Part shown: piece after piece, positions 38,214 to 52,672 of the stretch
Position numbering within the stretch: position 1 is the stretch's first letter
Layout of the letters: every line of letters starts with the position of its first letter
Source: Paragordius varius
Lineage: Eukaryota; Animalia; Nematomorpha
Reading direction: 5' to 3'
NCBI GenBank assembly: GCA_964247055.1
Contig: OZ176053.1
Span: 7,440,001 to 7,504,000, forward strand
Length of the DNA stretch: 64,000 nucleotides
Program-made: the position numbers and the translations under genes
Notes under the pieces: model-generated
What the model was told of the DNA's origin: nothing
What the model saw: the letters and a program-made list of their open reading frames with translations, nothing else
Databases searched by the model: none

Positions 38214-41200
38214 ATGGATACGATTAATTCGGTATCGACACCAGCTACCATTCATAATTTTTATCCCATTGTTAATGGAAATACTGATAATAATTTATAC
38301 ATGAGTGAAAATGCAATTATCCCTAATAACTATGTCACCATGTCTAAAATGTCAATTTGTTCATCTGCAGATGTTGTACCAAACGGGATCATATCTAATG
38401 ATATGCCTTCCCCCCACCAATTAATTAGTGAAAACGGTGCTTTGAATGGAGTTGATGTTGCCTACAATGGTATATAGCTTAATTTAATATATATATATAT
38501 ATATAATATATATTGCGCCATTTCATTATATCTATACAAAATTATTTTATTTTTTTATTAATTTTAACATGTAATTTGCCTTTTCATAACGATACAGTTT
38601 AACTAATATTTTAGGTTAAACATTGTTTTTTAAAAATTTTATGAAATTAGAAAAAATAACTCGTTTTATACACATAATTAATTTAACATATATGCAAACC
38701 TAGCACATTCCGCAAAAGGTTTTTAGCCATTTGGCGTCTTGGTATGTGAAAAAGTAAAAGTAATTATTGTTAAAATAGGTTAAATATTGTAAGTAAAAAA
38801 TAGATATAATCGTTAATTGTTATAATGCAGAAATTATTTTAATATATAAACTTGTCATTAAGGTTAGATGCCTTACTTTTCTGTTAATTTCAATATAGCT
38901 ATCATAAATATTTTATTTATTAGGCACAAATTACACATATGAGCCTATATCATCTTCAATAGGTCCGCCATTTGGTGGCGAAAATAATTATAAACCAGAG
39001 CATCTATCCCCGTATCTACATACTGCAATACCTATGGCTATGAGTCTTAATAACATAAATAATAATCACACAATTACAAATTTAGGTGTAAACAATGAAT
39101 GTCTCTATGATCCATCTGCTATTGGTGGTATGATTCAATTGAATGGTGAAGCTTATCACCCTGTAACATCATTATGTGCAACCACTGATCTTGATACAAA
39201 TATAACGGCTGCCATGTATCCCCCAAATGGGATAGTTTTAAATGAAAACCTGGGTTTAATCACGAATGGAGAATCTTCTTCTCTGTTTTTGCCTGCTGGG
39301 CCCGCTATTGAAGCCATACCCACGAGCCCTGATCTATTTAATGCTCGTGTTCATACGCTTCAGACATTGCAATCCTTTGCTCCGGCCGACATGATTATGC
39401 CATCCATTGGTGCTCCAGACCATTTGATTGCTCTTACCACTTGCCAGGAAGGTATCATCCCTACTGGTGTTGGTGCTCAAATATCATTGCATCCCACGCC
39501 TGATGTAATCACTAATAATAACGCCAACAATAATATAGGTGTCATAGGTAGTGGTATTGCTACCCTTAAACTTTCCTCTCCAAAACTTTCGGCCAACAAT
39601 CACGTGTATAATAACAGTGAATCATTACAAGATTCTACACCATTCACTAATATTGCTCAAACACCATCCTCCCAAGCTACGAGTAAATCCGTCCTTTCTT
39701 CCTTATCACAAAAATATGGTACTGAAACAGATGATATTCCAAGTACTTCTTCTAAAGGCACTACCAGCTATGCTAAAGGAAGTCATACAAATACAGATGA
39801 TAATACCATTGTTCCTAACATTAAAAAAGAGGAAGAGTTTCCCAGCTTAGTTTCTGCCAAACCACATCATGCTAACCAAATGAACCAAAATAATTTAGAA
39901 GCATCACAATCGTCAAAAAGTTTATCGTCTGCTACCAAACATATGGCTCTAAAATCTTCTAACGTGACTCAGGTATTCTTAAATTTGAATTTTTTATACA
40001 TATGCTATTTATGAAATAAATTGGGAATACAACCTATCGATATTAAATATATTTGATTTAGTAAGTATTCTGAATTATCATTTTTTGAGAATTATTACGT
40101 ATTTTTACATTTTATGATACAACAAAATGCGATTTTATTTCTATAATCCCTGAGTATGTTATATTTAACGTAATTATTAAGAATTTAGGTTAAATTTTAC
40201 AAATATTACATTTTATTTATTTATATATTGTTTTTTATAGGCACATCAGATGTTTGTTAATGTTTTGTTTTACCTACACACACTTCTTTTATTTCTTCAA
40301 TCATTTTCTGTATTTCCTTAAATCAATGTTTATTTTGTAGATGATTTGCTACTAATATTCATATGTAAAAACATTTTTAAGTATAACATTAAATTAAGCG
40401 CTAAAATTTGGTAAAAAAATTGAATCCCGTATATATTGTTTGGCGAACGACATTAGCGAGAGCTGCTTTTGGCTCGGTATCTTGAGGCTATTTAATTTAC
40501 ATGACATTTTTTTAAATATTTGATTGATTGTTGGGAATAATACGGTAGCTTTTCTTCGCAACTGGAATTTGTTAGCGATAAAATATGCTAAAAATTTTAG
40601 AATTGAGAATTAAATATTGATATAGCAAAAGGCAAAAGTTGTATAAAATTAAATCGAATAAAACAGTGGTTAAGTCATGATTGAATTAAAAAAATGAATG
40701 ACCTAGTCCAGGTGATATTTAATTCTTAATAACCGTTTGTTGATTATTAAGAAATTTTGTACACTAAAGATGGTTGTTTTCTTAAAAATTTTATGTATGT
40801 TTAAAAAGCTAATCGCGTAGCGATTATTGGTATTAGAATCCTCAACCCGAATCATTTGACTAATAGTAAGGTTTGTACAATAATAATTTAATTTTGTTTG
40901 TTATTTGGATTTACTTTTGTTCTTATTTAATATTGTCAACGGAGAACGAATATTTAATTTTAAAAGCTCATAAAATTTGATAAATTAAATTATATCTAAA
41001 ATATGATACATGGTGTATCTTTTTCGTTGGATTAACTAAAAGAATAATTTTAAAAAATTAACGGACCTTTATCATTTTAATTAATAGCTTGTATAAGTTT
41101 ATGAGTATTATATAAAAATTGATACAGTTTTATTTGGTCAAAAATTAAAATAAGAGTCAATTTTGGTACGCTACGTAATAAAACTTTTAGGGCCTAATCC

Positions 41201-44200
41201 AGCATTCCTTACACATAGTTTTATTTGTATTTGTTGTTTAGTTAAATAATTTATGTATTTTTAATTAAATTTATTGACCAATATATATATTATGTGTATT
41301 ATCTTTTATAAAACAGTAGGTGTGCGTGTATCATTATTTTAAGAAATTTACGCTTAATTTGACATACATTTTTTAGAACGAGAGACAAAATTGACTTAAT
41401 TAACTTTGGATAATATATTTCGCATTCTTTTTAAAACGCTATTATGTAAATTACACTATCCAGTTATACTGTTATACTATATTTTATTATAAATATTTTT
41501 TATTATTTTTCATAATATATATATAAGTTTTATACGCCCTATATAGAAACAATGAGTAGTAGATTAGTAAATACTAAAAAGTCATAAAATAGTGAAATTT
41601 AATTTAATGTTATGAGCAGTTTTAATTTAAAGAAGCAAACATCTCTTGCACCCTTTTTCACAAATATAAATGATAAATTGTATTATTTTTGTCGATTCAG
41701 GTGGCATCATTGTAGCTCATTTTTGTAAATTATTAAATTCCAATATGCCAAATTTAACTAATTTATATCCATACAATAATAATGATTTTAAATATATATT
41801 TATATATATAGATATAATATATGTAGTTTTTTGCGCTTTTATATAATATATGTAGTTTTTTGCGCTTTTATATATACCCTTATTGTCGGTTTTAGGTGGT
41901 AGTTATACCTTTGCATGAGCGTCGTTTCAAAAACATGCCTAGTGCTTTGACGACTTGGGAACACTTCAACCCTGAACAGCAGCGTGTATGTGCCGAAATT
42001 ATGTCAAAATCAGGTTCTTAGTTTTTTCACATTCACCGATACTTAAAATTAATGTCATTATATAATAGTATTGTATAATATTTATTCTTTTTTAATTTGC
42101 GATTCAATAAATATAATTGCTCTCTTAAAATCTAAAATTACTTTGAAAGATTTTAATAAATTTTTAAATAAAAAACATAATTTAATTTTTGTTCTGATTT
42201 TAGGAGCTCATTTGGAATTGCAAAATAATCAAGATCACAGTTTGACCATCATGATAACTGGGAAGGTTAAAACAGTCGAGGAAGCAAAGAAACTAATTGC
42301 ACAACAATTACAAACCCAAGTATGTTACCATTATATTATAACATTTTTGATCACATATGTTTTTTTCTTAATAACTACTAAATTAAAAATCTCAGCAAAA
42401 ATTTGTAACTTATATTTAAAGTTTATGTTTTATAAACGGTTATCCATCATTATTAAATTTTAAGAGTTTAAATTATATACAGTTATGATATTCATTATTT
42501 TTAAAAATACAATTAAATTTATTATAGAAAGCTTTATTCTGCCTCTTCCAAATTAGCTTTTATTTTGTTATTTGTTAATTCAGTTTGTGTAAAACACGCA
42601 ACATCTAACTGCCTTATTACATGTTTTATCATTAATCTTTGTTTATACGCATTCCGGTTATTTCTAAAATTAGTAAATGAAGCACATATTTTCATGCATT
42701 ATTTTTAGATCCAATATAACAATTAAATGGTTATGTTATATCATTAATTGTTGCCAGGTCAAATTAGCTTTCATGCATATTTTATTGGTCTAGCATATGT
42801 TTAGTTAATTTTTTTACAAAACATATTTTACATAGAGTTCTAACTGATTTATACAGTAGCCTAAGGTAGTAATCTATAGTTTGCTGTTTAATATAAAAAT
42901 GTTATGCTTAGTGTATATTTACGATTAAAGCTTTATATCCTTTGCTACTATATCACAAAAAACAAAAAATAAGAGGTATATTAATGCTATGCGCTAAAAA
43001 CAAAAATAAACTTTTTCCCTTGAATGTAGTGTCATGCTGAAATACATGTGGAAAAAGAGTATCATCCAGTTATACTTGGAAAAGGTGGTTCCAAACTTCG
43101 TTCTATCGAAGAGGAGTGTGGAGGCATTAAAATTGCCGTCCCACCCAAAAATAGCGATTCAACCCTCATCCGTATAACGGGTGACAAACACGGTGTCACA
43201 AAAGCTCAAACTATGATTCTTACCATTAGAGATGAATTGGTATAATATATCCTATTTATCATTTATCTTTATATTTATTTATATATAAAATATATTTTGC
43301 TTCACGGTTGCACAAAATTGAACTCTATGGATAGACATTAAAATATGATATATGGTGGATGGTTTAAGGGCAATTATTAATTATCACATCGTGCCATTGT
43401 GAAATTTTTTGCGGAAATGTTTTTGCAAAACACTTTAACTGGAAGGTTGCTAGTTTACCGATACTGATATAGCAATATTACGGTCAGGTGGAAAGAAAAT
43501 GCTGTCTTCTTTTATTGTTCATCATCAATTTGATTGCTCTAGAAATAGCGGTTTGTTAAGTGATGCTTGACAAGATTTTATATACTGATTTCGATCCATG
43601 TATGCCATCTTGGGTATATCATATGTTTTATTATCATTTTCTATATTTTATAAGTCCATCTTGTGCGGCCTTTCTTTCCTCTATTTTCCGTTGGGGTTCC
43701 ATTCTACCTTGTATTAGTCATGTCTTTGGTGTGCCATTTAATGTGACCATAAAAACGTTATCTACTTTGAGATAGCGCATCTATGGGATGTTCCTTATAT
43801 ATAGTATTAAATTATGGGTATATTGGAGTTGTTGTGCATTTGTGTAATATCGATATTTTTTGGTGGGGTAGGCAAAGTCTAGTAGGAGTATCATTGTGTA
43901 GTTTTTTGCCATTAATTATCGCCCATAATTTTTTGCGTAGATGCAAGTTCCATATTAGAATCATAAAAATTTGACGCACCTTTCTTTTTTAATAACAACA
44001 TTGATGTTTTTGATATATTTTAAATCAGGGGTGTACAACACAAATGGTTTCGCGGGCCGTAAATTTGACTTAAGCCGGGGGGTGGGGAACCATTCGGAAT
44101 GTATATGGGCATTTTTTGGATAATTCATTCGATTTTAAACATAAGTCTGTAAAATGCAAACACAATATAAGTTTCTAGTTCCTACCAATTGGATAGACTA

Positions 44201-47200
44201 ATTTAGGAAAATTGTTAAAAGGTAATAATTTTACTAAGATTTTTAATTTTACTAATTATGGATTCCAAATTTTTCGCGGGTCGCGTGTAGGACCTCCCCC
44301 TCCCCTCGTTTTAAAGGTTTCTTCTTTTCATAGAGGGGCAATTTATTTGTTTTATTGACTTTTATAATTTAACTCTTATCAGGCCAAAAATACGACGAAA
44401 CGATTGGACATTGAAGGAGCATATGTCTCATTTCTCCGAACTGCATGCGATAAATGGACCAATCAATTTGCGGACCTAAAAATTCGGTTTTTACCTCCTA
44501 TTACGAGCGGTCCAACTAACACCAACCCCAATAATCATAATGTTCTTTTCCACAATCAATTTATTGATCGAGCCATTTTATTTACCGGGCCAAAGGAATT
44601 GGTTGAAGATGCTTGTCATCACTTAGAAGCTCTTTACAGGGAAAAGGTTAGTTTAATTGTTTTATAATTGCCAACTTTTTATTGAATATCTTTTAGGGAT
44701 TGGAATCATAACCATTTTTATATCCGGTCCCAAATATTTTACCGAAAAATGGTTCTTTTAGTTTTATTGTTTTTTGACAAATGGTTATTTCGGTTTTTAG
44801 ATTAAATTTTTTTATACCACAAACTTATACTCTGCATCGAAGCATGCAATTCTTTTCTCAAAATTTGGAGACAATAACAAACATACATATAACAATTATT
44901 GTAAAAATAAAAATATTTTTTTTTGAATCGTCTTTGGTGGCAAATTTTTTTTTAATTTGTCTTTTTGGTTCCAAAACGATATCACATAAGTCAATGGTTT
45001 TGGTATCAATCTCAGCTATTTTAAAGAATATTAAATGGTTAACATAACATATATAAACAGAGAGCTACATGTACCCAATTCCATTATCCATTGGCGCGAC
45101 AAAAACACAGATTTGTAGCGGGTCGAAATGGATGTCACATAGCTCAAATACTTAATACCACGGGGTGCTTACTAATTTTCCCCGACGATAATAACGCTAA
45201 AAACAACAACAATAGTAGACCTAGCACTCCTGAATCAAATAATATGAATCATAAAATGCCATCCCTGCAACTTATACCAAGTAATCCGGATGAAATTGTT
45301 ATTTTTGGACCGGCCAAAGCTCATGGATACGTTATAACTATGATAGCCGAAAAGGTTTTCATTTTACATTTGATTCATAATGCAAAACCATTAATTGTTA
45401 AAAGATTGCAATCACTAATGGTTTTATTTATGCAAAAAGGCTGATAGTATGATTGAAGAACATATTGAAATACCAAGATGGATACATAGGCATTTAACGA
45501 AAAACCAACGCGCTAGCTTAAAACCCATACAAGACTTATGTCCAAAGGTTTTTTATGATTAATGCTTTCTTTATATTTTCTTGTATCAATAATAACATAT
45601 GCCATTTTATATTCTTAATCCGTTTCCTTTTCGTGTAGATTGATTTTGAGTTTAAGCGTGACAGTGATGACATAACGTTAGTGGGACCACCTGAACAAGT
45701 TCAAAAAGCATTTTTGCTCCTGCGTGGCATTGTTAAGGGCATTAAAGATCGCTACAAGGTACAGGAAATACCGGTTGATGCTAAATTACATCCACATATT
45801 GTGGGGAAAGCTGGATCCACAAGTATTTATATTTGAAAATTATGTCAATTATATTTTTAATCAAATCCAAACCTTTTTTGCATGTTAATCCTTTATTTAC
45901 TGCTTTGTTGGCAAAACAATCATTGATGACTTTTTTGTGCAACACTATAACATAACCTTAACTACAGATAAAACTGATTTACTAATATTTTTTGCATAAA
46001 TTTTATAAAATTATATGGTAATATTTAATGATCAAATTTATTACCATATGATAAAAATTTAAATCAAAATATACATTGATGAAAAAACGTTGCGTATATT
46101 TGTTTTTGTTTTCAGCAAAATAGCATATATTATAATGGAGCATGTCTTTTTGTGCAATTTATTTGGCATTTTTATGCCGACCAAAAATAGCAGATAAAAT
46201 ATCTGAATTGCCGCTATCATTTTTAATTGTTTTTATCTTGACCATGTTCACGAAAAGTGCGACAATTTTTTTAAATAACTCTAAATCATGTCGATGTATT
46301 TAGTTAACAAGATCAAAGATCAATCCGGCGTAGAAAATATTAAGGTACCCGGTGACAAAGGGCCAAATTACATACAATTAGAAGGGACTCCTGAGTCTAT
46401 TGCATTAGCTTTGCGGGAAATTTTGGAAATTGTGAATAAAAAGGTTTCTTTTCCAAATATTTATTGTTTGTAATATTAATTATTCATATATGATATTCAT
46501 CATTTTTTTATCTTTATAATTATTTAGGAAAACGAAATGATGATTGAAATCGATATAAATCCAAAACATATTCCGCTCATAATTGGTACCAACGGTGAAA
46601 CGATCAAAGAAATTAGGTTTCATTCATTAATTACCTTTCTTAATTTAAGGTTTAAAATTTTTGCATTAATTTGCCAAAAATCCTGTTTTTTATGAAATAA
46701 TTTTAGAGAAACATATGGTGAAGAAGTTGTAATTATTTTACCACAACGAGATAACAACAATGGTGGAAATAAGGCTAATCAAAAAATACGAATCAGAGGA
46801 TCCAAACAAGCAGTTATTGATTGTGCAAACCACATTGAAATGCTTAAAAAATCTTTTGTAAGATTATTTAACTCATAACAAGCATAGGAAGAATATAGAA
46901 ATTTATTTGATAATCTAATCGTTTGTTTGCATAGGCTCAATACTCCTTTTTGGATGTACCCTATACACGAGACGTGTATACCGTATCGCCCATTACATTT
47001 AATCGATGGAAACGATATTTGCGCCAAACCTATCCGAATTTTGAGTTTAAATTCCCTGAACCCGATGCCAAATTAATTAAGCGTTTTAAGGGTAATAAGG
47101 ATACCCTCGGATCTCAGGATACGTTAAATGATAATAATGAAGCTCATCATAAATTAACGACAACCAAATCGGAACGCAGGTTAATATTTTTACGATTTCA

Positions 47201-50200
47201 CATTAATTTTTTATGTAATCTTTACCATTGTCAATTTTTAACTGATATTTACCCGAATATTTTATGAGCCTGGTAAATTTGAATTTTAGCAGTTTTAGCA
47301 TACTTTTTCATATATGTTGAAAAGCTATAGTAACAAATATAAAATTATATTTTTTTTCAAAAATTTGCAATCTAGAAAAGCTAAAGTGACAGCCACAACT
47401 ACATCTGCAAATACATCATTAGCATCTACAACCAACACTGGCAATGAAACAATGCCCTCTTTACAAACTTTTACAGTTCGGACTGGCTCTAAAACCGAAA
47501 GTGACCACTTTTTGCAAAGCTATCCCGATTGTTTGGCTATATATCCAATAACGCAAAATATGACCGCTAGTGATCGATCACAATTGATCAAGGTAACTAT
47601 AAATTAAATGGCTTTGCATTTTTTTTTTAAATAAAAATGCTATATAATAAATTCTCTACTCATCTATGAGCATCGCGATCACGCTACAGTAATTTTCCAA
47701 TAATCTGTTTACCGATTTTTCAAGACTTTTGACATCAATGAGCTTTTTCTTCATATTTTGTATTATTTGCTATTTAACCTTTACTGTTTTTATTATATTT
47801 TTTATTCAATATATGTCTAAAAGATTTTTAAAATAGTGGTATTTTTAATTTTTAATAGGGTTGCGAAGAAAAAGGTGCCATTTGCAAGTATCCAGCACGG
47901 GAAGATAAAATGGCTCAGGATATGTGTTTCGTGTTTGCAAGAAAACCGCTCATAACCTTGGCCAAGAAATATATTGAAAATTATTTTACCGAATTGGTAG
48001 TATTGCTTTTTTAACTTTGTATAAAGCCGAATTTGTAATGGAGTTTATTTTTAAGATGCATTTGTTTTAATTTGTGTATTTAATGGAAAAGCCTTTTTTG
48101 TTTAACACTTAAAATATTTATGCTGTGTATTTTAAACTTGATATATAATATATATTTTTAGAAAGAACGGGTGACCATTTTTGTTGAGGTTGATTCTCAA
48201 TACTGTCCACTCATTCTTGGGGCAAAAGGTACCCGACTCGCAAATATTTGCAATGAATTCGCGGTTAAAATACATGTGCCTGATTTGAGGAAAAAAGGTG
48301 GTAAACGAATTAATGATACACCAAACGGGGATCATCATGAAGAATCAAACAATCCCGAAGAAACTGATGCATATAATGTTGAAGCTAATGAACATATAGA
48401 TGCAAATATAAATAATATGAAAATTCCCAAATCAATACCTTGTCAAATTGAAATTAGTGGACGTCCTGGGAATTGTGAACTTGCTAAACAGGCTATTTTG
48501 GTATACAATCATTTAAGCTAAAGGAGGATCAAACTTATATTTCTTAGTTTTACTTTAACTAATGTTAAGATTCCGAATGATTTTCTATATATATTTTATA
48601 CGTATTAACTGCAACAGGATCAACTTCCACACACTGAAACAATAAGCATGAGTCGAAATATGTGGAATAAACTTAATAAACCATCTTTGGGTCTTAAATC
48701 ACTGTTTAAGAGCATTTCATTCAACATCAAATCCGACAAATCCCAATCCAATGCTGCCGAACCCACAGTTGCAATCAACTTGCGCGGTAACCATGGGGAA
48801 GTTATTAAAGCGACAAAATGGATTACTGAACAAATGCAAACGCTAGAAAAAAATGTTAGTGCATCTCTCAATGATATATATAACATTTATTAAAATAGTA
48901 TGTTAGAAATTAAAGTATATTTGTCTCTATGTTACTATAATGCTCTGATTGTATTTCTGCATATAGGATCCAAATCAAATTTTTAAGGTTACGCATCACA
49001 TGGATATACCTATAGCGTTTAAGGGCCAAATCATTGGTAAGGGTGGACAAGAAATAAATGGCCTTTGTTCAAAATACAATGTGAGAATCTTATTCCCTCC
49101 CTTGAATACCAATGCTAACCGCAATAAAATTAAAAATACTAGGAAGAAAGAAAGTTCTGCTGAAAAACAATCATCACCCGCTGCAAATGACACCGAAATT
49201 ATTTGTAATGGTAATAATTCATCTGAACACGAGGATGGATTTGAAAACAATCCAGCACTCACTGCTAATTGTCAAGTCACTATTATGGGTGTAGATCAAA
49301 ATTCTATTGATGCTGTATGCAAAGAATTGGAAGAAAAGTTGGAGGCTTTGGTTAGTAATTATTATACCTATCAATCAATATATGATCATTTTTGAGACAT
49401 GCAATTTACGAAATAGCATTTTCCTAATTTTTATATAACAAGATTTTATGTCATTGGCTTGTTACACTACCCCTTATTAGTAAACTTATAAACGCTTTGC
49501 TTTAAACATTCAAAAAATATTTAAGGCTAGATTTTAATTGTGCATGAATTCGAAGTGATAAGAATTGTATAATATTTACTTTAAATCTTTTATATTTTAT
49601 ATAAATCTTAATTATATGGTTTACTAATTATATTTAGCAAAATAATTACGAAGACAAAATTGATGTTGAAACAAGCCTAATTCCGAGATTTATTGGCGCT
49701 GGTGGTCGTCAGATCAGAAAAACTATGTCTGATTTTGGTGTACGAAATAACATATTTAATAATTATTAGCATTCAAGGGAATAATATATTATAAATAATC
49801 ATATTTTTTCTGCATTTTACAGGTCAATATAACTACCAGAAGAAAAAATGATGGTGGGATTGATGGATCTTTCACGACATTTATAATACGTGGAAGTATA
49901 GAAAATGTTTCGAAATCCAAAACTTATATACAAAATCAAAGGCTGGAATACGTACGTTTTCATGATTACCTTAAAACTGTCAATGATTTCATATATAGAA
50001 TTAAAATATTAATATAGTACTTTTTTTTACCTATGTTTTACACCTTTGATTTTATAATTTTACTATTTGGTTCCCAGTATGAATATATTCAAAAATAAGT
50101 GCCACTTTTATTTTTCATGTTTATGCTTAATATCGAACCTACCTAATTTTTTCCTTTAATAATTTATTTTTTATCTAGTTGACCACTGAAAGCAAAAACG

Positions 50201-50349
50201 TTACAAATGGTAAACAGCCTAATACCAATTCAAACAGAAAACCCGCGGCAAATAAACCGCCATTTTTTCCTTTAAACGGATTTGCTGGTAGTATGGGATC
50301 CAACTCAATTAATTTTAATGCCTATCTTGACAGTAGTTTGGCAAATTGA
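38214..50349 (+). CDS. HDLBP: Vigilin / HDL-binding protein (multi-KH RNA-binding protein), ~21 exons, divergent
   Basis: EEFPSL..LKSSNVTQ|VVVIPLHERRFK..QQRVCAEIMSKS|GAHLEL..SLTIMITGK..QLQTQ matches the vigilin N-terminus. KH repeats follow (YHPVILGKGG, HRFVAGRNG, HPHIVGKAG, IPLIIGTNG, CPLILGAKG, KGQIIGKGG, IPRFIGAGG). Stop TGA at 50347-50349. Confidence 0.9.
43490..43980 (-). mobile_element. RTE-like LINE 3' remnant in a vigilin intron
   Basis: Degenerate RFYGHIK..GTPTENRGKKGRTRW, resembling the post-RT RLRWFGH..W.P..R.RGRP..W segment. Contains stops. Confidence 0.45.
44026..44305. mobile_element. Small hAT-type MITE in a vigilin intron
   Basis: Left end CAGGGGTGTACAAC..CGCGGGCCG; decayed right end CGCGGGTCGCGTGTAGGACCTCCCC. 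Confidence 0.45.
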
Positions 50350-52019
50350 CTCCTATATCTAATGATCTGATTTTTACTTTTTCTGATATTTGGGTTGATG
50401 GGTACAATATGAATGGCATTAAACTTTTTCTCTTATTTATCAATATTTATACTATTTTATAAAAAATGACTAATTAACGTATGTTCATTTATATTTTATT
50501 TAATGGTATATATCCAAAAAAATATCAATCATAAATTATTAAGGTAAAAGAGGGGAAAATTTTTGAAATAATGAAAAGTTTTTAATAACATATGTTTGAC
50601 AATAAAAATAGCATTTTTACACGCCAGCCTTTATTTGAATGATCGATCATTTTATGTAATTTTTTGGTGTTTTATTATTATGTTTTTGTTGATGCTTACG
50701 AAGCATTATATTTTTTATTTATGTATTTTTTTTACAAACCACTTAAAAATGTTGTGCTACCAAACGGTCTGAATCTATAATATTATTAATGCATAAGTTT
50801 ATCGGTGATTTAAAGTTATATGTTTTCTTTATTTATATTTAAATTACAAAATTTAACAAAAATCAATATATATTTATAATATAATCATTTACGCAAACTA
50901 TCATCCACCCATATAATATTTATTATAATAATCACTTCACTTTTGATATATCACAATTGATTTTAAAAGATTCTATTTTTCATTATTTTTTTAATTTTTT
51001 TTAAGCAATAAATGAATGACCAATAATTATTATTAAAACAGCAAAAATTGTTGTTTGATTATTATACATTAATAACTTAAAAATATATTACCAAAACATT
51101 TGTTACCCACACTATATATATTTCCTGATTAAATTTTTAACGAAATGCATAAATATCTATTATAATTATACAAAATTGATGCAACTATAATGATTTTACA
51201 TATTATACCTTATACGTGAATTTCATTTTAATTATTTGGAATATTTCCTATATGCATTAATCTTTGAAAATTGGTTCTGAATTTTCCTTAATTTTCATTA
51301 AACATGATTGAATATAAATGATTTTTTCAATTTTACGTACATTTGATGATCGTTAATAGTTAAATTTCAGAAAAATGGAAATAAATATTTTTGATTTGTA
51401 TTGGGAAAATACAGGCGGCGCTTTCAAAGATAATCTATATTAAAGCAGCAACTTTAGACATTTTTCCTGTCTGGGGTGAATATTATTACAAATTTTAATG
51501 CTTACAAGAGCTGTTGAACTAAAGAAAACACTCCAGGTATAACAAATTATATCCTGAACAAATACTATATGTTTATGAAAAAATGTTTCAAAATCATCAT
51601 AATGCTTTTTGTTTTGGGCCTTACACATCTAAAGTTATTTCACTTTTTGTTGTGATTTTATGGGAAAAATCCTAAAATCAGGGCGCATGCTAATTGGTAG
51701 ATACTAAATATACAATTTAGTATTTACCTAAAAATAATTATAATATTGGATGTGTGCGAAATTATAACTTTGGCTATGATAAAATGGGCTTATCTTAAAT
51801 AAAATTATAACATAAAATAAATTATTCAAAAAAAATTACTTGCTTTTTTAAGCATGATGAAAACAGCATATTACGTTTCACAATATCATTAGCACTGATT
51901 ATTGAGTCATTACCGGTTTAAATAGGAAGGCAGAAATCGTTCAAGTATTAATTAGACACTGAGGCCATTTTCCTATCTGATATTAAACGACAAAGCCTCT
52001 TATTTTTATCATTCAATAA

Positions 52020-52670
52020 CATGTCGATTGCAAAATAAAACATCTGAGGCACACATTTTTTTTTGTATCAGAAGAAAACTGCTGAAAGTTATAATTTGCT
52101 GGTAGAAATTTGGTTGACATGCTCCATTTTAAAATGTGAAACCTGGTTATCAAATTTAAAAGTTTATTCAATGTGAAAGAGAGTTGGCACTCTGTAAACC
52201 AAGCAACTGCGAAGGCGTTAAAATAGTTATTGGAGGATAACGCTAATTCAAAAAATGACAAGCATTATAATCACAAAAAACAATTCGACTTTACAAGTAA
52301 TAGGAACGACCAAGAACGTAATTGGGTCCCACACAAGTTTAATTAAAATCGAACATCTAAAAGTTATACTGAAATCTTGCTTCGTCACGAAAGTAAATAA
52401 TTTTTGCATTGAATTGTGACGGGTGATAAGAAATGGCTTAATTATGTGGCAAACCAAAGAGAAAAATCTTGGCTTTTGCCAAGCCGATCCATCATCACCA
52501 AAACCGCCGCACTCTCCTGTGGCGCCATCTGATTTTTACCTCTTCTAATGAATGGGACAGCCGCAGAGCAATTGGAAAATGGGTTGCCGCAAAAGGAAAT
52601 CATTTTTTAGCATGTCAATCATATATTATTTGAGTGAAGAGCGAAATGTGCGAAAGCCCATGTGGAATAT
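52020..52670 (+). pseudogene. Internally deleted mariner transposase remnant
   Basis: HLRHTF..KKTAESYNLLVE, WVPHKF, FLH*IVTGDKKW and PHSPVAPSDFYLF (mariner WVPHEL, TGDEKW and YSPDLAPSD motifs). Confidence 0.8.
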
Positions 52671-52672
52671 TA

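Noticed and set aside
40694-40711. MNDLVQ mini-exon in phase with vigilin exon 3 (alternative short N-terminus)
   Set aside because: Weak donor (GTGATA), and such short matches occur by chance. It needs 5' transcript data.
41810-41872. ~29-nt tandem duplication before a vigilin acceptor
   Set aside because: Two units only, in AT-rich intron; ordinary slippage and not CRISPR-like.
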